A stretch of 38,809 nt of DNA from Octopus bimaculoides (Eukaryota), in NCBI RefSeq assembly GCF_001194135.2, contig NC_068984.1, forward strand, positions 80,814,387 through 80,853,195, given 5' to 3'. The translations under genes and the position numbers were made by a program. The notes under the pieces were generated by a model. It saw only the letters and a list, made by a program, of their open reading frames with translations. It was not told where the DNA came from and made no database searches. Shown here one piece after another: positions 25,007-36,866 of the stretch; the first letter of the stretch is position 1, and every line of letters begins with the position of its first letter.

Positions 25007-25419
25007 GAATCAATGTGAAAGTGGAAGAAAAATAAACAACTATGACGTGATACCAATAGTAATTGGTGCACTTGGAAGCATCAACACTCAACTACCAACG
25101 TGGCTGAAAAAGATCGATAGAACACCTACAAAATTGAGCATTGCTTGGAACTGCAAGAATTCTTCGCAGGGTCCTTGAAGCATGACCAGAAACAAGAGTC
25201 ATCTTAGTCTGCTGGCTGTGAACAGTTGACACACTTGACACATACAGAAAATTGCACTACTGGGCACGGCACACATCCTATGCAAAACACTTTCAATACA
25301 GTAACCATAAGAGCATCTCAGCAAACCTTTCACTTCACAACACAGTGCTGCGCTCGGTAGTGAAGTGAAAGCACGCTATGAAAATAAAACTACTGAATAA
25401 TAATAATAATAATAATAAT
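25004..25419 (+). mobile_element. Two fused short 3' ends of R4/Dong-like LINEs between (AAT)n runs
   Basis: VIPIVIGALGSI...LGTARILRRVLEA* (25040-25180), then HIQKIALLGTAHILCKTLSIQ* and the same 3' UTR as copy C (GGTAGTGAAGTGAAAGCACG...AAAACTACTGAA(TAA)n). Confidence 0.8.
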
Positions 25420-25550
25420 CCTTTTCCATTAAAAGCACAAGGCCTGAAATTTGTCGATTACATCGACCCCACTGTTTCACTAATACTGAATTTATCGATC
25501 ACGAAAAGATGAAGGGCAAAGTCGACCTCGGTGGAATTTGAACTCAGAAC
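25420..25550 (-). mobile_element. SINE family A copy (truncated)
   Basis: Tail and core in reverse complement. Confidence 0.8.
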
Positions 25551-25577
25551 ATCATCATCATCATCATCATCATCATC

Positions 25578-25666
<89 letters not shown>

Positions 25667-25720
25667 AAGAAGAAGAAGAAGAAGAAGAAGAAGAAGAAGA
25701 AGAAGAAGAAGAAGAAGAAG
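25551..25720. repeat. Compound (CAT)n(AAT)n(AAG)n microsatellite
   Basis: Three abutting pure trinucleotide runs. Confidence 0.95.
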
Positions 25721-25724
25721 AATA

Positions 25725-26260
25725 GCGATCTCTGGATGAGACTTAGAGCACATAGAAAATAGTAGTGGCAATAACATGCCCTAATAACTCCAGAACTTAC
25801 TCAAAGGCTGTTTGGAAGCTGTGTAATGATAAAACACAAGCAAATAAGAAATGCTAAAACCTGAACACTTGTTCAAGACGCTGATGTTGCAGAGTAGATT
25901 ATTGATCTGCATATTTAAAAATACTACGAATGAAGAAATTGGCTTACTATAACCTGTTTACTGCGAAACATGGGCAAATCTTGTTGCCAAGCGCCAAAAA
26001 ATTTCTTCAACTTGTCAGAAAACTGGAAGCTGAATGTTTGTCGGAAATTTATATACAAGCTAATAGACAGATCGTAATAAATAGAAACTTTATTATTTCG
26101 AATTTAACAAAATAAGTATAAACAGCTGAAAAGAAATAGGGAAAAATTAATGGCAGAGAAAAAAGCACATGAACAATTATCTGATAGGTGGGAGCAGAAA
26201 CTTTTGCATGGCAAATATGTGGCACGTAGCAAACAGATATTGACCACAGGCACAACCGTT
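25725..26260 (+). mobile_element. Decayed internal fragment of an R4/Dong-like LINE
   Basis: LSDRWEQKLLHGKYVARSKQ at ~26180-26240 matches the WxxKxLHG motif also seen in copy A. The upstream extent is uncertain. Confidence 0.5.
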
Positions 26261-26268
26261 AGACGCAA

Positions 26269-26313
<45 letters not shown>

Positions 26314-26627
26314 NNNNNNNNNNNNNNNNNNNNNNNNNNNNNNNNNNNNNNNNNNNNNNNNNNNNNNNNNNNNNNNNNNNNNNNNNNNNNNNNNNNNNNN
26401 NNNNNNNNNNNNNNNNNNNNNNNNNNNNNNNNNNNNNNNNNNNNNNNNNNNNNNNNNNNNNNNNNNNNNNNNNNNNNNNNNNNNNNNNNNNNNNNNNNNN
26501 NNNNNNNNNNNNNNNNNNNNNNNNNNNNNNNNNNNNNNNNNNNNNNNNNNNNNNNNNNNNNNNNNNNNNNNNNNNNNNNNNNNNNNNNNNNNNNNNNNNN
26601 NNNNNNNNNNNNNNNNNNNNNNNNNNN

Positions 26628-26701
<74 letters not shown>

Positions 26702-26702
26702 G
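26269..26702. repeat. (TG)n and (TA)n microsatellites around a gap
   Basis: Dinucleotide runs at 26269-26313 and 26628-26702. Confidence 0.9.
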
Positions 26703-26960
26703 AAGGCGCGTGGTTTAATGGTTAGGGTGTTGCAATCACGATTGCGAGATCTTGGTTTCGATTCCTAGACCGGCCTTGTGTTGTTTCCTTGAGCATTGCA
26801 TTTCATTTCAGATTGCTCTGCAATCATTTCGTCATCTGACATGTGGTACATGGTGCACCTGTACAGGTAATGTTGATTTGATGGAAGGAGTGAGTTTATG
26901 TGAACACAAACATTTAATCACTATAAACAAATCATCTGTGTGGTTGTTCAGCAAGAAATT
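26703..26960 (+). mobile_element. tRNA-derived SINE, family C
   Basis: Head GGCGCGTGGTTTAATGGTTAGGGTG...GGTTTCGATTCC with A/B-box-like motifs, followed by a TGTTTCCTTGAGCA core. Confidence 0.65.
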
Positions 26961-27576
26961 CAATTCTTTATTGGCCACTAAGGGCTTTACACAGAGGGAC
27001 AGTACAGGACAGACAGGGGGGGTCATACATATAATTGATAACAAATTGAAATAAAGTGATGGCATGTAAATACTGGTAACAAGTGTGAAGTTTGAAAACT
27101 AAATATAAATGAGAATAACAAGGTGGTACTCCGAAAGGAGGAGCATGCTGGGTTGGACATGGAGACTCCACAAGCCACGAACCAAACTGGTCGCTCGGAT
27201 AAGACTTAGGAATTCACGCTCAAGTTAGTCTCATGACTATGACATCTAAATTCAGTGACCTGAGATCGTTCAACAAGTATCCTTGCTTCCAAGGCGATCG
27301 CAGGCTACATACATTTATGCTGCCTCACTTGAGAGAGGACATGAGAGAAAAGTAAGAAAAAGAAAGGGATTACTTACGTTGTGTGCTGAGGGTGAGTGAA
27401 GGATTTTCCTCACTGACTTGGGTGACCTGTGGAGTATCCTCAATTAAATTTTTGTATAAATGTTTTATGAACCTCCTTTGCAGATTTCCCATCTCATTGG
27501 GGTATTTCCTATGTCATTGTGGTGAATGTAAATGTCACTGTTTATGGTTACAAATTGAATGTGCTTGGGGACATGA

Positions 27577-27790
27577 TATTCTTTTCTATTCTAGGCACAA
27601 GACCAGAAACTTTTGGAGAGGGAGACAGTCGATTATATCGACTCCAGTATGCAACTGGTACTTAATTTATCGACTCTGAAAGGATGAAAGGCAAAGTCGA
27701 CCTCGGCGGAATTTGAACTCAGAACGTAAAGACAGACGAAATACCGCTAAGCATTTCGCCCAGCGTACTATTTCTGCCAACTCACCACCT
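27577..27790 (-). mobile_element. SINE family A copy (near-consensus)
   Basis: Full-length reverse complement with a perfect core. Confidence 0.9.
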
Positions 27791-29291
27791 TTCTTGAAGA
27801 CGTGAGATTGCGGCTTAACAGACTTGTACGGTGTAATGTTGGGGTTGTTTTGTGTGTATTCCACGAGGGATGTGTTTGCTGTGTTGATGGCTGTGAGGTT
27901 TGTGACTGTGCGTTTGGTGTGCGGCACTGTCAGTTGCGCTGATGGTGTAATGTGGCTGTGAGTGAAAATGGTTGTATGTCTGTGTTGCGGTGGGGTGTTG
28001 GGGCGGAGTTTTTTCTTTTTTCTTTTGGGCATTNNNNNNNNNNNNNNNNNNNNNNNNNNNNNNNNNNNNNNNNNNNNNNNNNNNNNNNNNNNNNNNNNNN
28101 NNNNNNNNNNNNNNNNNNCATTGCTCTTCATTCGTCGCTGTTGTCAGTAGGGTCCAGCTCGGTGGGAGGTACATTCTTTGGTTTTGGGGTGTCTTCCATT
28201 GGAGTGGTTTTGGTTGGTATACTGGCTCGTTGTGTAGAATGCGAACCTTCCTGTGTGGGTGGTGCTATAGTTTCTTATACTGGGGGTGTCCGCTGCTGTG
28301 AACGTTGATATGTCTTCTGTAGGTTGTATGGACTTGGCTGTTTCGGTGGGTGGTGGGGAGGCTTGTGGTGTGTACTGGATTGACTTTGTTGGGATGTGTT
28401 GGGGTGTCTCCTTTGCTGGGCGGTGGCTTATGTCTCTTGCTCCCAGTGGGCAGGAGGCTGTGAGGTGGTCTTTTGTTCACATCGGTAGCATCTGGGTCTA
28501 TGCCCTTCCACCATCATCGCAGTATTGTGCCATCTTGTATGTTTATCAGGTCTGGTATTTGTTCTAGGTCCTGCTGGTTTGCTTTGATTAGCAACTCTAT
28601 CCCCTACCCTCAGCAGTTCTGTTGGTTTATTTTGTCCTCAATGTCTAGCAGGACAGCTGCCACTACCCATAGGCTGTCAATCTCTGGGGGAACCTTACCA
28701 ATTTTAACTTTTGAGTCTCTTCGACTCAGGTAGGTCGGCAAGAGCACCAGCTCGTTCATTTTTAGTGGCACTGTGGAATGTTCTTTGGATTCGTCTTCCG
28801 AAACGAAACGAACCTCAACAGTGCCATATTTTTACCTCTGGCCACGTATTTGATCCTTGACCATACTGGTTGCAAACATTTCTCAGTAGTTTCTTTTGCT
28901 ACTTGGTCAATCTTTTTTGTTCGAGTGACAGAGTTTTGTATATTATCATTTGTTGTGCCGTGCGCTGTTGTATATCATGAACGGGGGTCAAATTAACATT
29001 TGTGTCATCTCTCTGTAATAAATTCTTCACTTTTTTTATGTCTTCAACGTTTAAGTTGAGTGATTCATGTTGCACTCGTGCTGCTGATGCGAAACCGTGA
29101 CTGTTTAGTTTAAATTCATCTTTCTAGAGGTCATTAATTTTCTTGTTCGGGGTGTCCTTGAAAGTATCCGTCGTATTTCTTTTGTGGAGTAGATCATTCC
29201 TCTCCGACTGCTCGCAACAGGGAAGAGAAGGAAACAGTTCGTGGTACACTTCATCTTGGTGGCCGTCACCCTCATCGAGGCTGGAAGCCAT
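27790..29291 (-). pseudogene. Gag-like ORF1 with zinc knuckle (homolog of 3657-4949), multiple frameshifts and stops
   Basis: ATG at 29291. Reads ...YKTLSLEQK...YVARGK/YGTVEVRFVS...VLLPTYLSRRDSKVKIGKVPPEIDSLWVVAAVL...NC*G*GIELLI...MVEGHRPRCYRCEQ/KDHLTASCP, followed by a Thr/Pro-rich region and PKRKKKK. Colinear with the first copy. Confidence 0.8.
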
Positions 29292-29494
29292 GATTGAAAA
29301 CTTAATTGCATAGCAAAACTACAAATAAACGAAGATAAAATTCGTTCCTAAAAAGGGGAATTTGGGATGCGTCACCTCCCTTGCTAAGCAGGTTCAGTTA
29401 CGAAGACTCACAAAATTCAACAATAATAATTATAAGCACATAACAGGAATTTACAATACTTACTAGTGTAAAAAATACACGTCTGTTCGGCATG

Positions 29495-30773
29495 AAATTT
29501 TATCTTTTATTCGCCACTAAGGGATAATATAAGACAGATAAGATGGGGTCGTACGGAGGCACGACAGTTAAGTGAAATAGTCGACTGAATAAACAATAGA
29601 AGACGAGTAAACTTGTTAAAAATTTAAAATATGACAATACAAAGAGAATATCGAAATGAGAAAGAAAACGTAGTGTAGGATATGGTGACCCCACAAGCCA
29701 CGCCGTACACTTCTCTCACACAGGAGACTTATGGGTTAGCGCTCAAGTTAGGCGCATTCATACGTAACACGCGTGCCACTTACATCCATCTAGTCGCAGA
29801 TATGCGCGGCGGCAGCAACTCTCTTTCCAGCCTTAGTTTTCTTTTTAGATGGTATATGTAGTAATTGGTTAAACCAATTCCAAAGAGAACGTTGCCCGTT
29901 CTCAAACCTTTCACTCGCGTCAACCATACGACCTTTTTTGCTATAGCCACCAAGCAGAGAAAAGATGCCAGCCTTACCCCATTAAAGGAAGGCAGAGGGA
30001 CAATCTTGATGATTGACTCAGTTGACAACTGTGCTCTTCCCAGACGTGACAGCAGGTGTTCGACATAAACCTGATCCAAAATCAACGGATACTGTACGAT
30101 TGTGTGCAAAACGGTTTCATCGCTCTGCTCGCATCTCGGGCATGTCCGTATTGCTGTCCTTTTGTGCCTAAACAGTTTATCCCGAACGAGCAGTACCCCT
30201 CGGTAGCACTGCCAGGCCAGAGGTTTCTGGTAGTTATCCATGGGCCTTGGCACGAAAGTTCTCCGGAACAGACTGGCAAGTTGACCGTCATCGAAGCCCA
30301 GGGTCTCCCCCAGAGCGTCATCGCAATTACCGGCCACTAACCCCACCTCACCGAACACGCTGCCTGTACGGCAGAAAAGCGTGAGAGCCTGACGGCCCTC
30401 TGCTTGCAAAGCACCCTACCGTTTAGCAACAGTTGACAGCAGATAGAGCGTCTGACCAGCGGACCCCGCCCTTTCCACAAGAAGCGGAAGAGTAAGCGCT
30501 CCAACTTGTCCAGACACGAATCCAGACAAGGCACGGCGGTTAGGCGGTAAATAATGACGGATGCAATGTACACATTCACCAACTCAAATCTGCCCTTTCA
30601 GGGATAGCTTCCTCTCAACCCATTTCTGGGTAAGATTGGCTACTCTGCTCGTTACCGCACCCCAGTTTCTCTCTACCTGGAGGTCTGGCTCGAATCAGAC
30701 CTCGAGCAATTTCACCGGGTCGTCCGTCCACCGTCCCATGACAAGAAAAGTAGGTAATATGACAAGAGAGTCT
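29495..30773 (-). mobile_element. 3' half of a Tx1/L1-clade LINE (post-RT ORF2 region, C-terminal zinc finger, 3' UTR); 5' part lost in a gap
   Basis: VKLLEV*FEPDLQVERNW...KWVERKLSLKG/..VNVYIASVIIYRL...LFRFLWKG and TCPRCEQSDETVLH. Stop at 29780, and the 3' UTR ends CCTTAGTGGCGAATAAA (29506-29522). Confidence 0.85.
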
Positions 30774-31221
30774 NNNNNNNNNNNNNNNNNNNNNNNNNNN
30801 NNNNNNNNNNNNNNNNNNNNNNNNNNNNNNNNNNNNNNNNNNNNNNNNNNNNNNNNNNNNNNNNNNNNNNNNNNNNNNNNNNNNNNNNNNNNNNNNNNNN
30901 NNNNNNNNNNNNNNNNNNNNNNNNNNNNNNNNNNNNNNNNNNNNNNNNNNNNNNNNNNNNNNNNNNNNNNNNNNNNNNNNNNNNNNNNNNNNNNNNNNNN
31001 NNNNNNNNNNNNNNNNNNNNNNNNNNNNNNNNNNNNNNNNNNNNNNNNNNNNNNNNNNNNNNNNNNNNNNNNNNNNNNNNNNNNNNNNNNNNNNNNNNNN
31101 NNNNNNNNNNNNNNNNNNNNNNNNNNNNNNNNNNNNNNNNNNNNNNNNNNNNNNNNNNNNNNNNNNNNNNNNNNNNNNNNNNNNNNNNNNNNNNNNNNNN
31201 NNNNNNNNNNNNNNNNNNNNN

Positions 31222-31278
<57 letters not shown>
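31222..31278. repeat. (TG)n microsatellite
   Basis: Pure run after the gap. Confidence 0.95.
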
Positions 31279-31279
<1 letters not shown>

Positions 31280-31281
<2 letters not shown>

Positions 31282-31452
31282 CGGCGGACGTCTTTCAGTT
31301 TCTGCCAACCAGTTTCTCTCACAAGGCTTTGGATAGCCCAGGGCTATAGTTGAAGACACGGGTCCAAGGTGCTAGCCAATGGGACTAACTGAACCCGAAA
31401 TCCTGTTGTTGGAGAGTGAACATCCCGACCACACAGTCGTGCCAGCGCCTAG
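31280..31452 (-). mobile_element. SINE family B copy
   Basis: Reverse complement of the 32618-32798 layout (CTTTCAGTTTC...CACAAGGCTTTGG...GCTATAG..GAAGACAC). Confidence 0.8.
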
Positions 31453-31559
31453 CCATCAACTGTTTTAAATATACAATTTGTTAACCCTGATTATAAATTC
31501 ACAATTTAATTACGTGTAATCAATGATGCACTTTCTTTAACAACAGTTTACATTTCCAA

Positions 31560-31680
31560 TACGCATGTATGTCTATGTGTGTCTATATGTGGTGTTATGC
31601 GGTTATGTGTGGTTACGCATGTCTATGTTCGGCTATACGCGGTCTATGTGTGGCTATGTGTGACTGTGTGTGTTTGTGTA
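31560..31680. repeat. Degenerate ~10-bp minisatellite (TATGTGTGGC-like)
   Basis: Repeated (G/C)TATGTGTG(G/T) variants. Confidence 0.6.
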
Positions 31681-31899
31681 GAATTATAATTACATCAATA
31701 TATCAGTTGATATTTAATTTACATTAAAATCTGAATTATTAATATATAATTTAATGTTAACAAATAGAAAGAAATACAAGTTATTTACAAAAAAAGAAAG
31801 AATCCATTTCCGAGTTGATATAAAACAAAAAACAAAAGCAAAAACATCCAATTTAAAAGTCAAAGATATTTAATCGTTCTCGCATTCTTTACAAATAAA

Positions 31900-32184
31900 T
31901 GTATGTATGTATGTATGCATGTATGTATGTCTGTACTTACGGACGTATGCATGCATGCACGCATGTATGTATGTGTGTGTATGTGAGTGTGTCTGTGTGT
32001 GTGTGCGCTGGCATCAAAGGGAGAGAGAGAGAGAGTGTGTGGAGAGGGAGCAAAATATATTGCTATCATATACGATTTTTATATGTGTTTGTTGCATGCA
32101 TTTGGTTAAAATGAATTTGTGTACAATGACGATGTGTAAATTATCCTCTTGTGAGTGTGCATGCACATGTGTATATAGAACGCT

Positions 32185-32224
<40 letters not shown>

Positions 32225-32270
32225 TGTGTGTGTTTGTACGTACGTGCATGCATGTGAGGATGTGTGTGTA
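31900..32270. repeat. Mixed (TATG)/(TG)/(AG) low-complexity tract
   Basis: Alternating purine-pyrimidine runs. Confidence 0.85.
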
Positions 32271-32617
32271 TGTATAAAAGAGAGAAAGACAGAAAAATGA
32301 GCTCGTGATAATTTTGGGTGAACTTTAATTGAATACACAGATATGTGATGTGTATGTAGTTCATATATATACAAAAAAAAAACGATTTGAATGTGTATTC
32401 ACAGATTTATACATCTCATTTGTCTTAATAATAATAAAACTCAATATAATTGTCAGTGCGAGAGAGAAAACTAACGAGTTAGAGATATACCAATGCATGT
32501 ACACAAATACATAGCTATACACATCACACATCTCTCAATCTCTCACTCCCTCTCTTTATATATATGCATGCATGTATGTATGATGTATGCATGAATACAT
32601 ACATACATATATATATA

Positions 32618-32798
32618 TGCAGGAGTGGCTGTGTGGTAAGTAGCTTGCTTACCAACCACATGGTTCCGGGTTCAGTCCCACTGCGTGGCATCTTGGGCAA
32701 GTGTCTTCTACTATAGCCTCGGGCCGACCAAAGCCTTGTGAGTGGATTTGGTAGACGGAAACTGAAAGAAGCCTGTCGTATATATGTATATATATGTG
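32618..32798 (+). mobile_element. SINE family B copy (near-consensus)
   Basis: tRNA-like head with TGGCTGTGTGG and GGTTCAGTCCC boxes, a TTGGGCAAGTGTCTTCTACTATAGCCTC (CORE-like) segment, and a TA/TG tail. Confidence 0.9.
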
Positions 32799-33445
32799 NN
32801 NNNNNNNNNNNNNNNNNNNNNNNNNNNNNNNNNNNNNNNNNNNNNNNNNNNNNNNNNNNNNNNNNNNNNNNNNNNNNNNNNNNNNNNNNNNNNNNNNNNN
32901 NNNNNNNNNNNNNNNNNNNNNNNNNNNNNNNNNNNNNNNNNNNNNNNNNNNNNNNNNNNNNNNNNNNNNNNNNNNNNNNNNNNNNNNNNNNNNNNNNNNN
33001 NNNNNNNNNNNNNNNNNNNNNNNNNNNNNNNNNNNNNNNNNNNNNNNNNNNNNNNNNNNNNNNNNNNNNNNNNNNNNNNNNNNNNNNNNNNNNNNNNNNN
33101 NNNNNNNNNNNNNNNNNNNNNNNNNNNNNNNNNNNNNNNNNNNNNNNNNNNNNNNNNNNNNNNNNNNNNNNNNNNNNNNNNNNNNNNNNNNNNNNNNNNN
33201 NNNNNNNNNNNNNNNNNNNNNNNNNNNNNNNNNNNNNNNNNNNNNNNNNNNNNNNNNNNNNNNNNNNNNNNNNNNNNNNNNNNNNNNNNNNNNNNNNNNN
33301 NNNNNNNNNNNNNNNNNNNNNNNNNNNNNNNNNNNNNNNNNNNNNNNNNNNNNNNNNNNNNNNNNNNNNNNNNNNNNNNNNNNNNNNNNNNNNNNNNNNN
33401 NNNNNNNNNNNNNNNNNNNNNNNNNNNNNNNNNNNNNNNNNNNNN

Positions 33446-33476
33446 TATATATATATATACATACATATATACATAC

Positions 33477-33545
<69 letters not shown>
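33446..33545. repeat. (TA)/(CA) microsatellites
   Basis: Dinucleotide runs after the gap. Confidence 0.95.
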
Positions 33546-34837
33546 TGCATACATTTTGGTAAATCTGTGTCTATGTATATGTTTACATGCGTGGATGTTT
33601 ACACAAATTGAAGGAAGTCACTGCAAAAGTTCATATTCAATTTTGCTTGATAATCCTATAATTCCAGACCCAGATTACGTTACAGATATTGGCTGTCACT
33701 GCAGCATATGCTGAAGTTTAATTAAACTTGGCATGAATTAAAAGTGAAGCGAATTTGTTATCATGCACAGTGAACTGTTTTAGCTTCAAAATTTGTCATT
33801 TGCAGATTGCTTTTGTAAATTGATGGCGAAAATTCTCTGATCTGGCTGGTTGGCTGAAGAGAGGTTAAGTTTTAGAAATTTTTACATTTTCTATTTGTTG
33901 TCCTTGTTTTTATTATTGTTGATGTTGTTGTTGTTGTTGCTATTCGTTCTGTTCATTGAGTCAGTATGGTATTGGGTATAGTTGTGGTAGTGACAGGACG
34001 TTTTAATATTTGAAATTTCCGTTTTGTAAGCACTATTATCATTTTATTGTTTCCTTTTGCTTTTTGTTGTCTTTTTATCTAATCATGCAAATAGTTTTAA
34101 ATGTGACATATGATACATCAAAATTATTCTCAGAAATCAAACTGCCAAACTTAACAACAACTGATCTCCTCTCAGACACGCATTCACTTCCGAACTAACC
34201 AGATAACCTCTCAGAATCACACGTTATGTTGCATTATTTTAGAAAGATATTAGATATTAGCACAAAGAATACTTTACTAGGTGTCTGGAGATTCGCACGT
34301 ATGTTGGATAGTGGACATGTCAAATTTATTTCATTTGCTTTGCAGAATACGTTCCGAGTTTACAAATGTATTGTAAATTTCCTGTTGAGCTTGAATAAAT
34401 TCTCACTTTGGCTCATGGCCACAAATCTATAAGGGACAGATGCAATCGATTCCGATTCTTTGTAAATTAGAGCTATTTGTGCTATCGTCCCCAAAGAATG
34501 AATAGTAAAATGACTTGCGATGGCATTTGAAACCAGAACATAGAGCAATTACTAATTTTCGTTTTTTAACATTAGGTGATGATCATAAATTTTACGGACT
34601 GGACATAGTCCACTAAACTGCCCCAGTAGATTACTGCTACTTTACTTTATCTGCAAAGGGAAGAAGAATAATAGATGACTGCAGCAAGACTTGAACTCAA
34701 AATTTAACAGAAACCAACTAAATACTACAAGTCGTTCTACCCATCGCTCTACTGATTCTTTCACTCCACCTCCTTACGAAACATCCAGTTGGATTTTGAC
34801 GGATGAAATCTCATAACCCTTCTTTTTGTTAGCAATA

Positions 34838-35050
34838 GTTTCTAACACAGGTGCAAAGCCATAACTTTTCAAGAGGAGGATTGTTGGTTAAATAGACCCC
34901 AGTACTTGACTGGAGTCTTATTTTATTGATCCTGAAAGAAGTAAAAGCATAGCTGACCTCTGTTGGATTTTAAATCCGAAAGTAAAGACTGGAACAAATA
35001 CTGCGAGGTATTTTTAACAACAGTGTAACGATTCTACCAATTCACTGCTC
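34838..35050 (-). mobile_element. SINE family A copy (diverged)
   Basis: GACCCCAGTACTTGACTGG..CTTATTTTATTGATCC core in reverse complement. Confidence 0.7.
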
Positions 35051-35239
35051 CCCCTTTCATTATTAATAAAAATTAGGGTTTCTAACTAATTCCATCCCAA
35101 AGGCCATGCATTTACAAGTAGTATCAATCGAATTGATCCCTGCAGACTACTGAGTGGCTGTTTGATAAAATCATGAGAGCATCGGACTAATCCCAATTTA
35201 TCTGTTCTATGGCGACATGTCAACATTTCGATGGACTGA

Positions 35240-35495
35240 AGCAGGACAATGGTCATCAGCCATTTTCTTCTAATTCCACCCTACACCCGTCTCCGACTAC
35301 GGTTTGCTATGTACCAGGCGTCTTTACTTTTTGTCGTATAGGATTGGTTGGTGTATTATTGCTGTTGAATTTTTGTGACGGAGGTTTCAGCAGCAGAGCG
35401 GATCCATGTTGTTTGGCTTTTGTAGTGCTTAGGAGGCCTTCGGGTTGTGAGTGCTACCACATGTGTAACATACTTCTACCTTCAACAATAACTTG
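35240..35495 (-). pseudogene. Possible remnant of another gag-like ORF1 zinc-knuckle region
   Basis: Minus strand reads QVIVEGR/ CYTCGSTH (35445-35495), echoing VVVEGRPPTCYQC and MVEGHRPRCYRC. Frameshifted and short. Confidence 0.35.
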
Positions 35496-36024
35496 ATTAT
35501 ATTAAGCTAATTATAAACGTTAGCCACAACCTGTCCAAATCGCAGGAAGGCCTATTACATACTCTTGTATATTGTGATCGTATAAAAGGCCGCGAATTGT
35601 TTATATCTGCAGCAACAGAACTGGCTCCCGAAAATTAGATTGGATTCGGTTATGTGAAAATCTAAAACACGAAGTAGCAAAGACGGGCATAAATTTACCA
35701 TGGTGAACAACCTAAAGATAATCACCCAGTAAGAAAGCCACGATATGGTCACGTGAACTGTTAGAAATAGCAGTCATATCTCCCTCAAATTGTACTCTAC
35801 TATTTGAGAAAAGGAAATATATATATATAGGTTAATGTGACACTGCGTCCCTACAAATCAGAAAAGGACACAATGATCAAGGCTGGAATACCTTTGTTCA
35901 CAGATCGCCTAATTCAGAGATGACCTGGGATTAAACAACTAGAAACATAATGGTATGCTTTTACATAGACAATACTCAAGTGGACCGGGTGCCCTAAATA
36001 TAAACAAATAGCTAATCTTGGTCT

Positions 36025-36420
36025 GGAAAAACATGAAGTGGTATGAATATGTACCAAACACGGTATATGACAATCGAAACATGTTTATTCAAGAGAGGCA
36101 ATATAATCTGTATAGTTATAATAAGCAAGGACTGCAACGAAGATAATTTTACGTTGAAAGACACTGCGAACCCTTCAGATCAAAATATTTTCCGAAAGAA
36201 TTTGAAGAAAATTGTTAAAATTGAAAAAAAGAACATATGAAACTTGAAAATAATAAAAGTATCAATAACTGGAGTACTTTGTGGAATTAAAAACGTAGGC
36301 GCAAAAACATAGAGGCTATACTAGAGCTCATAACATTATACACAGCACAAAAAAGAATTTTCTTTCATACAGCCCACATCCTACACAAAACACTTCCTAT
36401 TCCGGAGCACAGCTCAGAGA
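36025..36420 (+). mobile_element. Highly decayed R4/Dong-like LINE 3' fragment
   Basis: KWYEYVPNTVYDN, then KDTANPSDQNI, and TAHILHKTL near 36370-36400, matching copies B and C. Confidence 0.55.
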
Positions 36421-36587
36421 GCACACTCTTTATATACAACATTGTCTTACACAATAACCACCTAATATAATATGACAATCCACACAGCCCATACTTTACA
36501 TAATCATCTCTCAATAAAATACATTTCATACTCTATGGAATCAACTCTAGGTAATACAACACAACTAATATGGCGCATATTTTACAT

Positions 36588-36765
36588 AATTGGTTTCAAA
36601 TTTTGGCACAACACCAGCAGCTTTTGCGGGGGAGGGAGTGATACTTATTTTATCGAGCCCAGAAGGATGAAAATCAAAGCCGACCTCAGCAGAATTTGAA
36701 CTAAGAACGTGAAGACAGACGAAATGACGCTATGCATTTTGCCCAGCGTGCTAACGATTTTATCA
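36588..36765 (-). mobile_element. SINE family A copy
   Basis: Reverse-complement tail, core and head. Confidence 0.85.
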
Positions 36766-36782
36766 CCTAATAATATAATATA

Positions 36783-36804
36783 TAACACAGACAGACAGAC
36801 AGAC

Positions 36805-36864
<60 letters not shown>
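36783..36864. repeat. (CAGA)n(TAGA)n microsatellite
   Basis: Tetranucleotide runs. Confidence 0.95.

Positions 36865-36866
<2 letters not shown>

Noticed and set aside
27370-27520. Minus-strand segment ending at a GTAAGT donor (reads ...IEDTPQVTQVSEENPSLTLSTQ)
   Set aside because: There is an upstream in-frame stop, no clear acceptor and no recognisable homology.
32618-32695. tRNA gene calls from SINE heads (also at 18176 and 26703)
   Set aside because: A/B-box-like motifs are present but there is no proper cloverleaf, and each continues into SINE core and tail sequence.
9490-33714. Long ORFs of 140-340 aa in the track containing X runs
   Set aside because: They are open only because they read through N gaps and dinucleotide repeats.
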